A stretch of DNA of 64,000 nt from Microcoleus sp. (GTDB lineage Bacteria; Cyanobacteriota; Cyanobacteriia; Cyanobacteriales; Microcoleaceae). The stretch covers positions 1,920,001 through 1,984,000 of the forward strand of contig CP181291.1 of NCBI GenBank assembly GCA_052279835.1. Reading direction: 5' to 3'. Positions 1-9,649 of this stretch are shown here, in pieces. A program made the translations under genes and the position numbers. The notes under the pieces are model-generated. The model did no database searches. It had not been told where the DNA came from and was given only the letters and a program-made list of their open reading frames with translations. Numbering within the stretch: position 1 is the first letter of the stretch; the number at the start of each line of letters is the position of its first letter.

Positions 1-761
1 GGAAATTCGACTAAATCAACTCCGTTGGGAATTACCTCAATGGTTGGCATTGAGAAATAGTCTATTCTTTTTTCCCTCTTTCTAGGCGACAACAACTGGA
101 GAAGTAGTTGCTTGTCTGTGGATGTGGTCGCCACAATGCGAGAGAATTTGGCACAGTAGCGTTTTTCATAGCGGGCTAGGAGGGGTAAATTGAGTCGATC
201 GCGCAGGGGGTTTTCTGATGTGCCTGTTTCTAAAATTTGCTTACAAGTTCCCCAAACTGAACTGTGAATATTTACGACTGTCAGGAGTTTTTGTCGCCAC
301 TGTGGACGGACGTAAATCTCGTTAACGCTGTGTTCGCAAGTAATAGCATCGCACTTCCCTGCTGTGACTAACTCATCTACCCAATTCTGCATTGCTGGCG
401 AGTAGCTTGAGAGTACATTGGGAGGTGTCCCGGATTGCAAAAATCCAGCAAATCTGCCTAGTTTTCCCACTATTCCATAGAATCCCCCCTCAATCCCCCC
501 CCAGCTTCGGGGGGGTAGTCTTAGCCCCCCCTTGGTAAGGGGGGGTTGGGGGGGTATTTGGGGGTGGGGAAAAACGGCTAATTCTGCAACTTGCTGGCGC
601 AATTGGTGAATTTGTGCATCGGTGACATCGGGCGATCGCAGTGTTCCGAGAATTACATGATGCCGCCTACTCAAATATTTTAATAAATGAAATGTCCTTA
701 CCTGAGTTCCTCCGCGGCTTGGGGGATAGGGAAAAGTGGAGGAAAGCATTAAAATCTGCAT
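1..761 (-). CDS. Glycosyltransferase family 4 protein, N-terminal part (runs off the window start; absent from ORF track)
   Basis: Manual translation from ATG at 761: MQILMLSSTFPYPPSRGGTQVRTFHLLKYL...ITCEHSVN...RYEKRYCAKFSRIVATT...IEVIPNGVDLVEF, typical GT4 motifs; contains an in-frame GC-repeat insertion at ~481-565. Confidence 0.85.
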   Translation of the reverse strand, partial: MQILMLSSTFPYPPSRGGTQVRTFHLLKYLSRRHHVILGTLRSPDVTDAQIHQLRQQVAELAVFPHPQIPPQPPLTKGGLRLPPRSWGGIEGGFYGIVGKLGRFAGFLQSGTPPNVLSSYSPAMQNWVDELVTAGKCDAITCEHSVNEIYVRPQWRQKLLTVVNIHSSVWGTCKQILETGTSENPLRDRLNLPLLARYEKRYCAKFSRIVATTSTDKQLLLQLLSPRKREKRIDYFSMPTIEVIPNGVDLVEF

Positions 762-945
762 GGGATGTTCTACAAACAGGACTTAGGCAAAAATCCGTTT
801 TCTGACCCGAATTATGTCATTTTAGGTGGATGACGATGGCTAGGAACCTGATTTTTAGGTTGATAGTGCATCCACTACTCATAAATAAAGTTACCGCCAA
901 GCGATAAGATTGATTAATAAAACCTGTTTAACAATTTTCGCACCT

Positions 946-1416
946 ATGGACGAATTATCTGTTAAGGCGCTGCTGGAAGACTTGAAAAACTCCGACGAAA
1001 GGGTACGCGATCGCGCGACTACAGAACTCTGGCGCTGTTGGTTTCACCAGAAGGGGGAGTACGGGATGCAAATTCTCAGGCGATCGCAAGTTTCCCTGGA
1101 TGCAGGTGATGTTCGCCACGCTTTAGATTTGTTAACCAAACTGATTTCTCAAGAACCAGATTTTGCCGAAGCTTGGAATCGGCGCGCCGTACTTCACTAT
1201 ACCCAAGGAAATTATAAAAAGTCGCTCCAGGACTGCGAAATCGTCCTCAAACTCAACCCTATTCATTTTGGAGCTTTGCACGGGCTGGGTTTGTGCTACG
1301 CTGCTTTGGGAGAATACATAAATGCAATTCGAGCTTTTCGTCGCGCTTTAGAAATTCAACCTTTTGCGTTGGTTAATCAAAAGTTAGTTTTGGAATGTAC
1401 GGCTCGTTTGAGTTAA
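946..1416 (+). CDS. Tetratricopeptide repeat (TPR) protein
   Basis: TPR motifs (PDFAEAWNRRA, PIHFGALHGLGLCY); ATG at 946 preferred to TTG at 910. Confidence 0.85.
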   Translation: MDELSVKALLEDLKNSDERVRDRATTELWRCWFHQKGEYGMQILRRSQVSLDAGDVRHALDLLTKLISQEPDFAEAWNRRAVLHYTQGNYKKSLQDCEIVLKLNPIHFGALHGLGLCYAALGEYINAIRAFRRALEIQPFALVNQKLVLECTARLS

Positions 1417-1553
1417 AATACATTCACCTAAAATGTGATAGCAACCTTCTCGGCGGTTAGGATATTCTGAATCACTGAAACTATGACAGGGGCTGCATTT
1501 TCCTTCTTGCTTTTTCCTTGCTTCTTCAAATCGACCTTCTGCTATATAAGTTT

Positions 1554-2510
1554 GTGCCCAAAATTAGTGTTTGTATTCCTACTTACAATCGAGTGCATTT
1601 GCTGGCTGGTGCGATCGCCAGCGTGCTAGCTCAAACTTATACAGATTTTGAATTAATTGTCTGCGATGACGGCTCTACTGACAGCACAGCGCTGTTAATG
1701 TCGGAATTTGTAGACGAAGGGATTAGCTACATTCGTCACCCGTATCATATTGGTAAAAGCAATAATATGCGATCGGGCTTGGCGGCGTGTCGGGGTGAAT
1801 ATTTTATTAAATTTGACGATGACGATCGCCTGAGTCCACAATTTTTGGAACGGACCTCTGCTATTTTAGATAAAGACCCCAGCATTGATTTTGTCAGTAC
1901 GGATCACTGGGTGATTGACATTAATAATCACATAGATGAAATCCAGACTAAACTGAATTCGCAAAGATGGGGCCGCAGTTCGTTGGCGGCGGGAATTATT
2001 GAAGATTTGTTGACCGCGGTTTTTGTGAAACAAAGTTTGCAAATAGGGGCAACTTTGTTTCGCCGGACTGCGTTGGAAGAGGTAGGGTTTCTGCGGCCAA
2101 ATTGGCAAAATTGTGAAGATAACGATTTGTTTGTCAGACTTGCTATCGCTGGAAAAAGATGCTATTATTTGCCGGAACTTTTGATGGAATATCGATTCCA
2201 TGCCGAACAGCAAGGGAGCGATCGGGCTATTCCCTATTTGACTGATAAATTGCGCTATTTGACGAGTTACGAGTTTGATGAGGAAAAGTTGGAAACGGTC
2301 AGGCTCAGAAGGATTGCAGAAACTCAATTAGCGCTGGGTCTGCGGCTGATTGAGGTGGGTGAAACTGAGAAAGGGTGGGGGATGGTGCGATCGGGCAAGT
2401 CTGTTTCTGTGGCGAAAATGTGGGCTGGTTTGGCGCTGTCTTTGTTGCCGGTGGAGTGGCGGGGAAAAGCTTTTGAGGTTGTACGAGAGTTGGTGAAAGG
2501 GGAGTTGTGA
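1554..2510 (+). CDS. Glycosyltransferase family 2 (GT-A)
   Basis: ISVCIPTYNR, VCDDGSTD, FDDDD motifs; GTG start at 1554 inferred. Confidence 0.9.
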   Translation: MPKISVCIPTYNRVHLLAGAIASVLAQTYTDFELIVCDDGSTDSTALLMSEFVDEGISYIRHPYHIGKSNNMRSGLAACRGEYFIKFDDDDRLSPQFLERTSAILDKDPSIDFVSTDHWVIDINNHIDEIQTKLNSQRWGRSSLAAGIIEDLLTAVFVKQSLQIGATLFRRTALEEVGFLRPNWQNCEDNDLFVRLAIAGKRCYYLPELLMEYRFHAEQQGSDRAIPYLTDKLRYLTSYEFDEEKLETVRLRRIAETQLALGLRLIEVGETEKGWGMVRSGKSVSVAKMWAGLALSLLPVEWRGKAFEVVRELVKGEL

Positions 2511-2555
2511 ATTTTAAGATCGAGTTAGGTTCAACAGAGGCGATCGCCAGCTATT

Positions 2556-2837
2556 TCACAATACTCCTGACTCTAATTGGTCTAAATATATAAACTCAGG
2601 AGCTTTAACTCCGGCTTCTTCTCTAATTTTAACCAGTTTAGGCGACTCAAAAAATGCCCTAGCATCTGCGATTGATGTCCAGGCGGAAAAATGAACAATT
2701 TTGTTGGGTTCATTTTCATATTTCAAGACTTGATACGATCGCTCTCCAGCTTCTTTTCGGATGGTTGCAGCACGCTCGAATACCGATTTCCAAGCTTCAT
2801 AATTTTCTACTTCATGAATAATTAATACATACTGCAT
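2556..2837 (-). CDS. Small ABM/cyclase-like dimeric alpha-beta barrel protein
   Basis: HEVENYEAWK..F...R.EAG and AFFESP.L...REEAGV pattern. Confidence 0.6.
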   Translation of the reverse strand: MQYVLIIHEVENYEAWKSVFERAATIRKEAGERSYQVLKYENEPNKIVHFSAWTSIADARAFFESPKLVKIREEAGVKAPEFIYLDQLESGVL

Positions 2838-2974
2838 AGCAATCACATCCCCATCGACTAGCTAGACTTTACCACGATGGGGACTACTTAAGCACTTAAA
2901 GAAGTCGGGAATCTAATACCGCGTTTTACGTTTAAAGTAGTAAACAGTGCTTTATCTAAATTTCCCCTAATATC

Positions 2975-3676
2975 GTGTCTATAGTTGCTGAAATTCCGAC
3001 TGTGTGGCTGCAAATTTCCCTCGTAGGGATTTGGTTGGGCTTGATTTTACTGGTGGCTGAAGGGTTAAATCGCTTTACCTCCGTCGATCCAGAAGTTTCC
3101 CGGAAGGTGGTGCACATCGGTACGGGGAATGTGATTTTGTTGGCTTGGTGGCTGGAAATACCTGGTTGGGTGGGAATAACGGCGGGAATTTTAGCCGCTG
3201 CGATCGCCCTAATTTCCTACCAAGTGCCGATTTTACCTAGTCTCAACAGCATAAATCGGCAAAGTTGGGGTACTTTTTTTTATGCTGTTACTATCAGCAT
3301 TCTGGTGGCTTGGTTTTGGCCACTGCAACATCAGGAATATGCTGCTTTGGGCATTTTGGTGATGACTTGGGGGGACGGATTGGCGGCTGTCATCGGGCAA
3401 AAATACGGCCAGCATATTTATCGAGTTTGGGGAATGAAGAAAAGTTGGGAAGGTTCTGCAACTATGTATGTGGTAAGTTTTGCTGTCAGTAGTTTAATTT
3501 TGCTGGCGGTGCAAGGTAATGTTTGGCAAACTTGGGCGGTATCTGCGGTTGTGGCTGTAGTTGCTGCTAGTTTGGAGTCGGTTTCTAAGTGGGGAGTGGA
3601 CAATTTGACAGTGCCGCTAGGGAGTGCGGCGATCGCCTTTTTCCTAAATCAGTTTTGGGTAATTGGTAATTTGTAA
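2975..3676 (+). CDS. Phytol/dolichol kinase family (CTP-dependent) membrane protein
   Basis: SRKVVHIGTG, WGDGLAAVIG, KKSWEGS, GVDNLTVP motifs. Confidence 0.85.
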   Translation: MSIVAEIPTVWLQISLVGIWLGLILLVAEGLNRFTSVDPEVSRKVVHIGTGNVILLAWWLEIPGWVGITAGILAAAIALISYQVPILPSLNSINRQSWGTFFYAVTISILVAWFWPLQHQEYAALGILVMTWGDGLAAVIGQKYGQHIYRVWGMKKSWEGSATMYVVSFAVSSLILLAVQGNVWQTWAVSAVVAVVAASLESVSKWGVDNLTVPLGSAAIAFFLNQFWVIGNL

Positions 3677-3689
3677 TTAATCATTACTT

Positions 3690-3722
3690 AGAACCCCGAA
3701 TTTTTACATAATTCGGGGTTCT
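3690..3722. terminator. Hairpin downstream of the kinase gene (putative terminator)
   Basis: AGAACCCCGAATT...AATTCGGGGTTCT inverted repeat 13 nt after the stop. Confidence 0.45.
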
Positions 3723-4106
3723 GGATGTATTGATTAAAAATTACCGTTGTTGTTGGAGTTGTTTGAGGCGATCGCCTATCTGCCGTTACACAGAGGGTTT
3801 TTGCCGATCGCGAGGGAAATTCCCTAAATGATCGTTGATTATTCCCGCTTAGAGCTTTTGGAAGACTTACCCTCAAAAGGTTGAACTCCAGTATTGGGAT
3901 AGTTGTCATCGCTGGGGCTAAAAAGTCGCAAAGCTGCTTCCGAAACGTAACGCATTGCGTTTGTCAAAGACTTAGAAAGATTCATAAAATTCGCCTCTCT
4001 CGTCTGGGTTCTGATACTTTATACATTACTCTGATTTTTTGCCTGGGGATTGCTTTAGCAATATTTATTTGAATTACTTATTAGTCCGCAACTATTGCAG
4101 CAAGCT

Positions 4107-4378
4107 GAAGGAAGAAGAACCCCCCCCAGCCCCCCCCAAGGGGGGAAGGAAGAAGTCGCCTCCTTGGGCGGAAGGAAGAAGAACCCCCCCCAGCCCCCCC
4201 CAAGGGGGGAAGGAAGAAGTCGCCTCCTTGGGCGGAAGGAAGAAGAACCCCCCCCAGCCCCCCCCAAGGGGGGAAGGAAGAAGTCGCCTCCTTGGGCGGA
4301 AGGAAGAAGAACCCCCCCAGCCCCCCCCCCAAGGAGGGAAGGAAGAAGCCCCCCCAAGGGGGGAAGGAAGAAGTCGCC
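4107..4378. repeat. Tandem ~62-bp G/C-run palindromic repeat (about 4 copies)
   Basis: Unit GAAGGAAGAAGAACCCCCCCAGCCCCCCCAAGGGGGGAAGGAAGAAGTCGCCTCCTTGGGCG; related copies at 11490-11655, 44665-44905 and 56400-56590. Confidence 0.9.
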
Positions 4379-4557
4379 ATCCCAGTTTTTTGGTCAAAAA
4401 CCCGGTTGCTGGGCTCTCATTGACAAACTGCTGGATAATTTTTATTAATCTTACCATAACACTCATCGGTCAATCCACAGGCAATTAGGCATCACAGAGT
4501 TATAAAAAGGAAATTTTCAGATATAAATTTAAAATCTTAATCAAAAATTTATATAAA

Positions 4558-4578
4558 ATATGGTGTGAGTCACTATAA
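4558..4578 (+). promoter_or_regulatory. Putative NrtR operator
   Basis: ATATGGT-gtgagtc-ACTATAA fits the NrtR TATAGT-N7-ACTATA palindrome; lies 30 bp upstream of an operon that itself encodes NrtR. Confidence 0.7.
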
Positions 4579-4608
4579 TTAACCAAAGGAGTTTGCCGGG
4601 GTTCTACC

Positions 4609-6021
4609 ATGAAAACTGCCACAGAAAGCTTGCAGCATCAAAGTTTTGACCAAATCCAAGAAGACCAAGAACTGTGTCTTTCCTCTGAAGATTACAGCTT
4701 ATTGACCGACCTCTACCAGCTAACGATGACGGCTTGTTACGTCGGGGAAGGGATCGACGGGCGAGTCGCGAGTTTTGAATTATTCGCGCGGCGCTTACCA
4801 GAAGGTTTTGGCTATGCGATCGCCATGGGCTTGGCTCAAGTTCTCGATTATCTGGAGAAATTTCAGTTTTCAGCCTCGCAAATAGCGGGTTTGCAGTCCA
4901 CTGGGATTTTTGCTGATGCCCCCGATCGATTCTGGACTCTACTCGCCACAGCCCGCTTTACTGGCGATGTCTGGGCGGTGGCGGAGGGGACGGCGGTATT
5001 TGCCAATGAGCCACTGCTACGAATCGAGGCTCCTCTGTGGCAGGCTCAGTTGGTGGAAACTTATTTGCTCAATGTCATAAATTATCAAACTTTGATTGCG
5101 ACGCGATCGGCCAGATTGCGCGATGTGGCTGGCCCTGATGCTAAGTTGCTGGAATTTGGGACGCGCAGGGCTTTTGGCCCTCAAGCTGCTGTGTGGGCGG
5201 CTAGGGCGGCTCTGGCTGCGGGGATTGATGGGACTTCTAATGTTTTGGCTGCTTTGAGGTTGGGGCGCAAACCAGTCGGTACAATGGCTCATGCTTTGGT
5301 GATGGCTGTCAGTGCTCTCGAAGGTAGTGAAGAGCAGGCGTTTACGGCGTTTCACCGCTATTTTCCCGGTGCGCCGTTGTTAATCGATACCTATGATACT
5401 GTGGCGGCGGCGCGCTTGTTGGCCGATCGCGTCAACAGCGGTGAAATAGTGTTGGAAGGTGTGCGGCTGGATTCTGGGGATTTGGTGAAATTGTCGCGGG
5501 AAGTGCGATCGATCCTGCCGGGAGTTCCGATTATTGCCAGCGGCGATTTGGACGAGGTGGAAATTGGTAAATTAAAAAATGCCGGTGCTTGCATTGACGG
5601 GTACGGTTTGGGAACGAAGTTGGTGAGCGGTTCCCCTGTCAATGGTGTTTATAAATTGGTGGAAATTGACGGAATTCCAGTGATGAAGGAGGCAAGTGGC
5701 AAAGTGACATATCCGGGACGGAAGCAAATTTTTAGACAGATTAAAGATGGGCAAATTATCGGAGATTGTTTGGGATTGTCTGAGGAAAAACCTCAGAATT
5801 ATGATACTTCCATAACATTAATGAAGTTGGTTGTCAAGGAAGGAAAACGATTGTATGGTCAAGATAGTTTAGAGGCGATCGCGAAACGCACTGCGGCTTC
5901 TGTCGCCAGTCTGCCCGCTGCAACTCGCCAACTAAATAACCCGATTTCGCCACCTGTAGAAATTTCTACAGATTTGCAAAATCTCACCAATCAAACACGA
6001 CAAATAACAAATAACAAATAA
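4609..6021 (+). CDS. pncB: Nicotinate phosphoribosyltransferase
   Basis: LLTDLYQLTM, EFGTRRA, GTMAHA, LIDTYDT, VRLDSGD, VYKLVE motifs. Confidence 0.95.
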   Translation: MKTATESLQHQSFDQIQEDQELCLSSEDYSLLTDLYQLTMTACYVGEGIDGRVASFELFARRLPEGFGYAIAMGLAQVLDYLEKFQFSASQIAGLQSTGIFADAPDRFWTLLATARFTGDVWAVAEGTAVFANEPLLRIEAPLWQAQLVETYLLNVINYQTLIATRSARLRDVAGPDAKLLEFGTRRAFGPQAAVWAARAALAAGIDGTSNVLAALRLGRKPVGTMAHALVMAVSALEGSEEQAFTAFHRYFPGAPLLIDTYDTVAAARLLADRVNSGEIVLEGVRLDSGDLVKLSREVRSILPGVPIIASGDLDEVEIGKLKNAGACIDGYGLGTKLVSGSPVNGVYKLVEIDGIPVMKEASGKVTYPGRKQIFRQIKDGQIIGDCLGLSEEKPQNYDTSITLMKLVVKEGKRLYGQDSLEAIAKRTAASVASLPAATRQLNNPISPPVEISTDLQNLTNQTRQITNNK

Positions 6022-6089
6022 CCAATCCCCAATTCCCAAATCCCCATTCCCCAATTCCCAAATCCCCATTCCCCATTCCCCATTCCCAA
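6001..6089. repeat. Heptamer short tandem repeats (STRR-like CAAATAA, then CCCCATT/CCCAAAT)
   Basis: Directly visible tandem 7-mers between pncB and nadD. Confidence 0.8.
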
Positions 6090-6689
6090 ATGAAAAGAAT
6101 TGCCTTATTTGGAACCAGCGCCGATCCGCCTACTGCCGGACACAAAACTATCCTGAATTGGCTGGCTCAGCATTTTGACTGGGTAGCAGTTTGGGCATCG
6201 GACAATCCTTTTAAATCTCACCAAACTTCTCTGGAACATCGATCGGCAATGCTGCTGTTAATGATTCAAGAAATTAATTCGCCCCAGCAAAATCTTTGTT
6301 TATATCCAGAACTCAGCAGTCCAAGGACGCTAGAAACTGTAGCACGGGCAAAATCAATGTGGGGAAATGCCGAGTTTACCCTAGTAATAGGTTCAGATTT
6401 AGTGGAACAATTGCCTCGCTGGTATCAAGTTGAAGATTTGTTAAAACAAGTGCAATTGCTAGTAGTCCCACGACCTAATTATCCACCACAAGAGTTAGAT
6501 TTGTGGCAGTTGAGACGAAGGGGTGCGGATGTGGCGATCGCCTGTTTGAATGCTCCCGATGTTTCTTCAACATCCTATCGGGAAACAGGAGACACCCAAG
6601 CCCTGACTCCGACCATCGAAGATTACATTAATAGGGAGAATTTATACGCATGGCACGAGGCACAAAAAAGAGCGAAGGTTGCTCGTTAG
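6090..6689 (+). CDS. nadD: Nicotinate-nucleotide adenylyltransferase
   Basis: IALFGTSADPPTAGH (HIGH-like), LVIGSDL, SST motifs; operon context. Confidence 0.9.
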   Translation: MKRIALFGTSADPPTAGHKTILNWLAQHFDWVAVWASDNPFKSHQTSLEHRSAMLLLMIQEINSPQQNLCLYPELSSPRTLETVARAKSMWGNAEFTLVIGSDLVEQLPRWYQVEDLLKQVQLLVVPRPNYPPQELDLWQLRRRGADVAIACLNAPDVSSTSYRETGDTQALTPTIEDYINRENLYAWHEAQKRAKVAR

Positions 6690-7399
6690 CTGACTTTAAA
6701 GTCGGAGTAGATAATGTGATTTTCTCAGTCGATACTTTGCAGAACCGCTTATTGGTGCTGTTATTAATGCGCCATGACGAACCGTTTATCGATTTTTGGA
6801 GTCTTCCAGGTACTTTGGTCCGCCACGGAGAATCTCTGGAGAATGCAGCTTATCGGATTTTGTCGGAAAAAATTCGGGTGAAAAACTTGTATTTGGAGCA
6901 ATTGTATACTTTTGGACAACCGGGGCGCGACCCCAGGGAATTCACCAGAGGCGATCGTTATCTTTCTGTCAGTTACTTTGCTTTAGTTCGGTTGGAAGAA
7001 GCTGAATTAATTGCTGGGAGTGTGGTTGCTGGTGCCGGGCACCGTGTCAGTGGCATTGCTTGGTATCCTGTGGAACAAGTTCCTAAATTGGCTTTCGATC
7101 ACAATCAAATTCTCGAATACGGATATCGGCGCTTGCGGAATAAACTGGAATATAGTCCCGTGGCTTTTGAAGTCTTGCCCGAACTTTTCACTTTAAGCGA
7201 TTTGTATCAACTTTACACTACTATTTTGGGGGACAGTTTTTCAGATTATTCTAATTTTCGGGCCCGATTATTGAAACTGGGTTTTCTCTGCGATACCGGT
7301 GTAAAAGTTTCGCGGGGTGCCGGTCGTCCTGCGAGTTTGTATCGCTTCGATCCGGCAGCTTTTGCCCCTTTAAAGGATAAACCTCTGGTGTTTATTTAA
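6650..7399 (+). CDS. nrtR: NrtR family regulator (Nudix domain plus winged HTH)
   Basis: WSLPG, LEQLYTFG..GRDPR, LAFDH, FTLSDLYQLY, GAGRPASLY. Confidence 0.9.
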   Translation: MARGTKKSEGCSLADFKVGVDNVIFSVDTLQNRLLVLLLMRHDEPFIDFWSLPGTLVRHGESLENAAYRILSEKIRVKNLYLEQLYTFGQPGRDPREFTRGDRYLSVSYFALVRLEEAELIAGSVVAGAGHRVSGIAWYPVEQVPKLAFDHNQILEYGYRRLRNKLEYSPVAFEVLPELFTLSDLYQLYTTILGDSFSDYSNFRARLLKLGFLCDTGVKVSRGAGRPASLYRFDPAAFAPLKDKPLVFI

Positions 7400-7469
7400 T
7401 TGTTTACAGGATGACATTAGATGAGAACTTTAGTAAGATGACAGTAGAAAAAATTCAGGAGTACAGGCG

Positions 7470-7766
7470 ATGAAAGCCCCAGATGAGTGCGCGAATATTC
7501 TGGAAGTTCGTGAAGAAATCGATCTAATCGATCGGGAAGTCATCGATGCTTTGAGCAAGAGATTTGAATACGTCATTGCGGCGGCTAGGTTCAAAACCAG
7601 TGAAGCTAGTGTGAAAGCGCCCGATCGCTTTTCTGCTATGTTACAACAGCGGCGTGAATGGGCCCAGGAAGCTGGTTTGAATGCTGATGTGGTGGAAAAG
7701 CTCTACCGGGATTTGGTAAATCATTTCATTGAAGAAGAGATGAAGCATTACAAGTCTGATTCGTGA
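7470..7766 (+). CDS. Isochorismate pyruvate lyase / chorismate mutase type II (PchB-like)
   Basis: MKAPDEC..I.EVREEIDLIDR...RF.YV.AAARFK...V.APDRF.AMLQQRR.WA, close to the PchB pattern. Confidence 0.8.
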   Translation: MKAPDECANILEVREEIDLIDREVIDALSKRFEYVIAAARFKTSEASVKAPDRFSAMLQQRREWAQEAGLNADVVEKLYRDLVNHFIEEEMKHYKSDS

Positions 7767-7818
7767 GTAATCCTTCTTCCTTCTTTCTTCTTCCTTCTAG
7801 ATTAGGTAATTTGGTAAT

Positions 7819-9642
7819 ATGAAAATTGCGATCGCACAACTAAATCCTACTATTGGTGATATTTTTGGCAATGCCAACTTGATTCTGGAATCTGCAAAAA
7901 AGGCTGCGGGTGAAGGAGCAAATCTATTGCTAACACCGGAACTTTCCCTGATAGGTTATCCACCACGGGATTTATTGATGAACCCTAGTTTTATTGCCGC
8001 GGCTGGGGATAAGTTGCAGCAATTAGCCCAGGATTTGCCAGGGGAGTTGGCAGTGATAGTCGGCACTGCTATCCCCAATCCTAACGCTGTGAAAGCAGGC
8101 GGAAAATCCTTGTTTAACTGTGCTGTTTTGTTGGCAAATGGTAGCATCCAAAAAATTTTTAATAAACGTTTGTTGCCTACCTATGATGTATTTGATGAAG
8201 ATAGGTATTTTGAACCGGGAACCCAAAGCGATTTTTTTAAATTAAGTAAGATTAAAATTGGGATTACAGTCTGCGAGGATGTGTGGAATAATGAGGAATT
8301 TTGGGGCAAACGCAGTTACGCCGGTGAACCTTTTTTGGATTTGGTCAAAGCTGGTGTGGATTTAGTTTTGAATTTGTCGGCATCGCCTTATGCTGCCGGA
8401 AAGCGGGGAGTGCGATCGTCTATGTTGCAACATAGCGTAATTCGCTCAGGTATACCCATTGTTTACGCTAATCAGGTGGGGGGAAATGATGATATTATTT
8501 TTGATGGTAGCAGTTTTTGTATCAACAGAAACGGTGAATTAATTCAGGTACTAGCTTCTTTTGAAACGGATTTTGGGGTGATTGAATATGACGAAGCTAA
8601 ACGGGATTTAGTTGACATTGCCTCGCAAAATTCTACAGAATTTAAGGGCGCACCTTTAAGTTTTTCTCCGCAGGTTGGGGATGCAGAAATTTGGGCTGCT
8701 TTGGTTTTAGGGGTACGAGATTATGTTCGTAAGTGTGGTTTTTCTAAGGTTGTATTGGGCTTGAGTGGGGGGATTGATTCGGCTTTGGTGGCTGCGATTG
8801 CTAGTTATGCGATCGGACCCCAAAATGTGTTGGCCGTTCTCATGCCTTCTCCCTATAGTTCCGATCATTCGGTGAATGATGCTTTGGAATTAGCTAAAAA
8901 TTTGGGCATTGGGATGGAAATGTTGCCCATCGCTGATTTGATGAAAGCTTACGATCGCACTTTAGCTAATTTGTTTGCCGATACCCCTTTTGGCATTGCT
9001 GAGGAAAATATTCAATCCCGAATTCGCGGCAATCTGTTGATGGCAATTTCTAATAAATTCGGCCATTTGCTGCTTTCTACTGGTAATAAATCGGAAATGG
9101 CGGTGGGTTACTGTACTCTCTATGGCGATATGAATGGCGGATTGGCGGTGATTTCTGATGTGCCCAAAACTCGCGTTTATTCCCTTTGTCAGTGGCTGAA
9201 TGCTGGGGGAATTGGGAAGGGGAAAGATGAGGCGGAGCCTCTAGATCTGCGTTCCCAGGCTCTGCCTGGGAACGAGTCTGTAGGGGCGGTGCCCCCGTGC
9301 CCGCCCTCTCCGTCCCCGTCCCCGCCCCTTGGCCGGGAGATAATTCCTGGTAATATTATTAGTAAACCGCCTAGTGCTGAACTGAAACCGGGGCAAATTG
9401 ACCAAGATTCTTTGCCTGCTTATGATATTTTGGATGACATCTTGGAGCGATGGATCGAAAATCACGAATCTGTTAAACAAATTGTGGCGGCGGGACACGA
9501 TGAAGCGGTGGTGGCGCGTATACTAAAATTAGTGAGACAGGCGGAATTTAAACGGCGACAAGCGCCTCCGGGTTTGAAAATTAGCGATCGCGCTTTTGGT
9601 ACTGGTTGGCGAATGCCCATCGCTAAAGCTTCCTTTTATTAA
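7819..9642 (+). CDS. nadE: Glutamine-dependent NAD+ synthetase
   Basis: Nitrilase domain (PEL, KRLLPTYDVFDE, CED) plus GLSGGIDS, ENIQSRIRG, TGNKSE, PPSAELKP; carries an in-frame repeat-derived insert. Confidence 0.95.
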   Translation: MKIAIAQLNPTIGDIFGNANLILESAKKAAGEGANLLLTPELSLIGYPPRDLLMNPSFIAAAGDKLQQLAQDLPGELAVIVGTAIPNPNAVKAGGKSLFNCAVLLANGSIQKIFNKRLLPTYDVFDEDRYFEPGTQSDFFKLSKIKIGITVCEDVWNNEEFWGKRSYAGEPFLDLVKAGVDLVLNLSASPYAAGKRGVRSSMLQHSVIRSGIPIVYANQVGGNDDIIFDGSSFCINRNGELIQVLASFETDFGVIEYDEAKRDLVDIASQNSTEFKGAPLSFSPQVGDAEIWAALVLGVRDYVRKCGFSKVVLGLSGGIDSALVAAIASYAIGPQNVLAVLMPSPYSSDHSVNDALELAKNLGIGMEMLPIADLMKAYDRTLANLFADTPFGIAEENIQSRIRGNLLMAISNKFGHLLLSTGNKSEMAVGYCTLYGDMNGGLAVISDVPKTRVYSLCQWLNAGGIGKGKDEAEPLDLRSQALPGNESVGAVPPCPPSPSPSPPLGREIIPGNIISKPPSAELKPGQIDQDSLPAYDILDDILERWIENHESVKQIVAAGHDEAVVARILKLVRQAEFKRRQAPPGLKISDRAFGTGWRMPIAKASFY

Positions 9643-9649
9643 ATAGAAA

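Noticed and set aside
4039..4488. Pro/Gly-rich ORFs on both strands (also 11342-11704, 44527-44910, 56375-56590)
   Set aside because: Artefacts of G/C-run repeats
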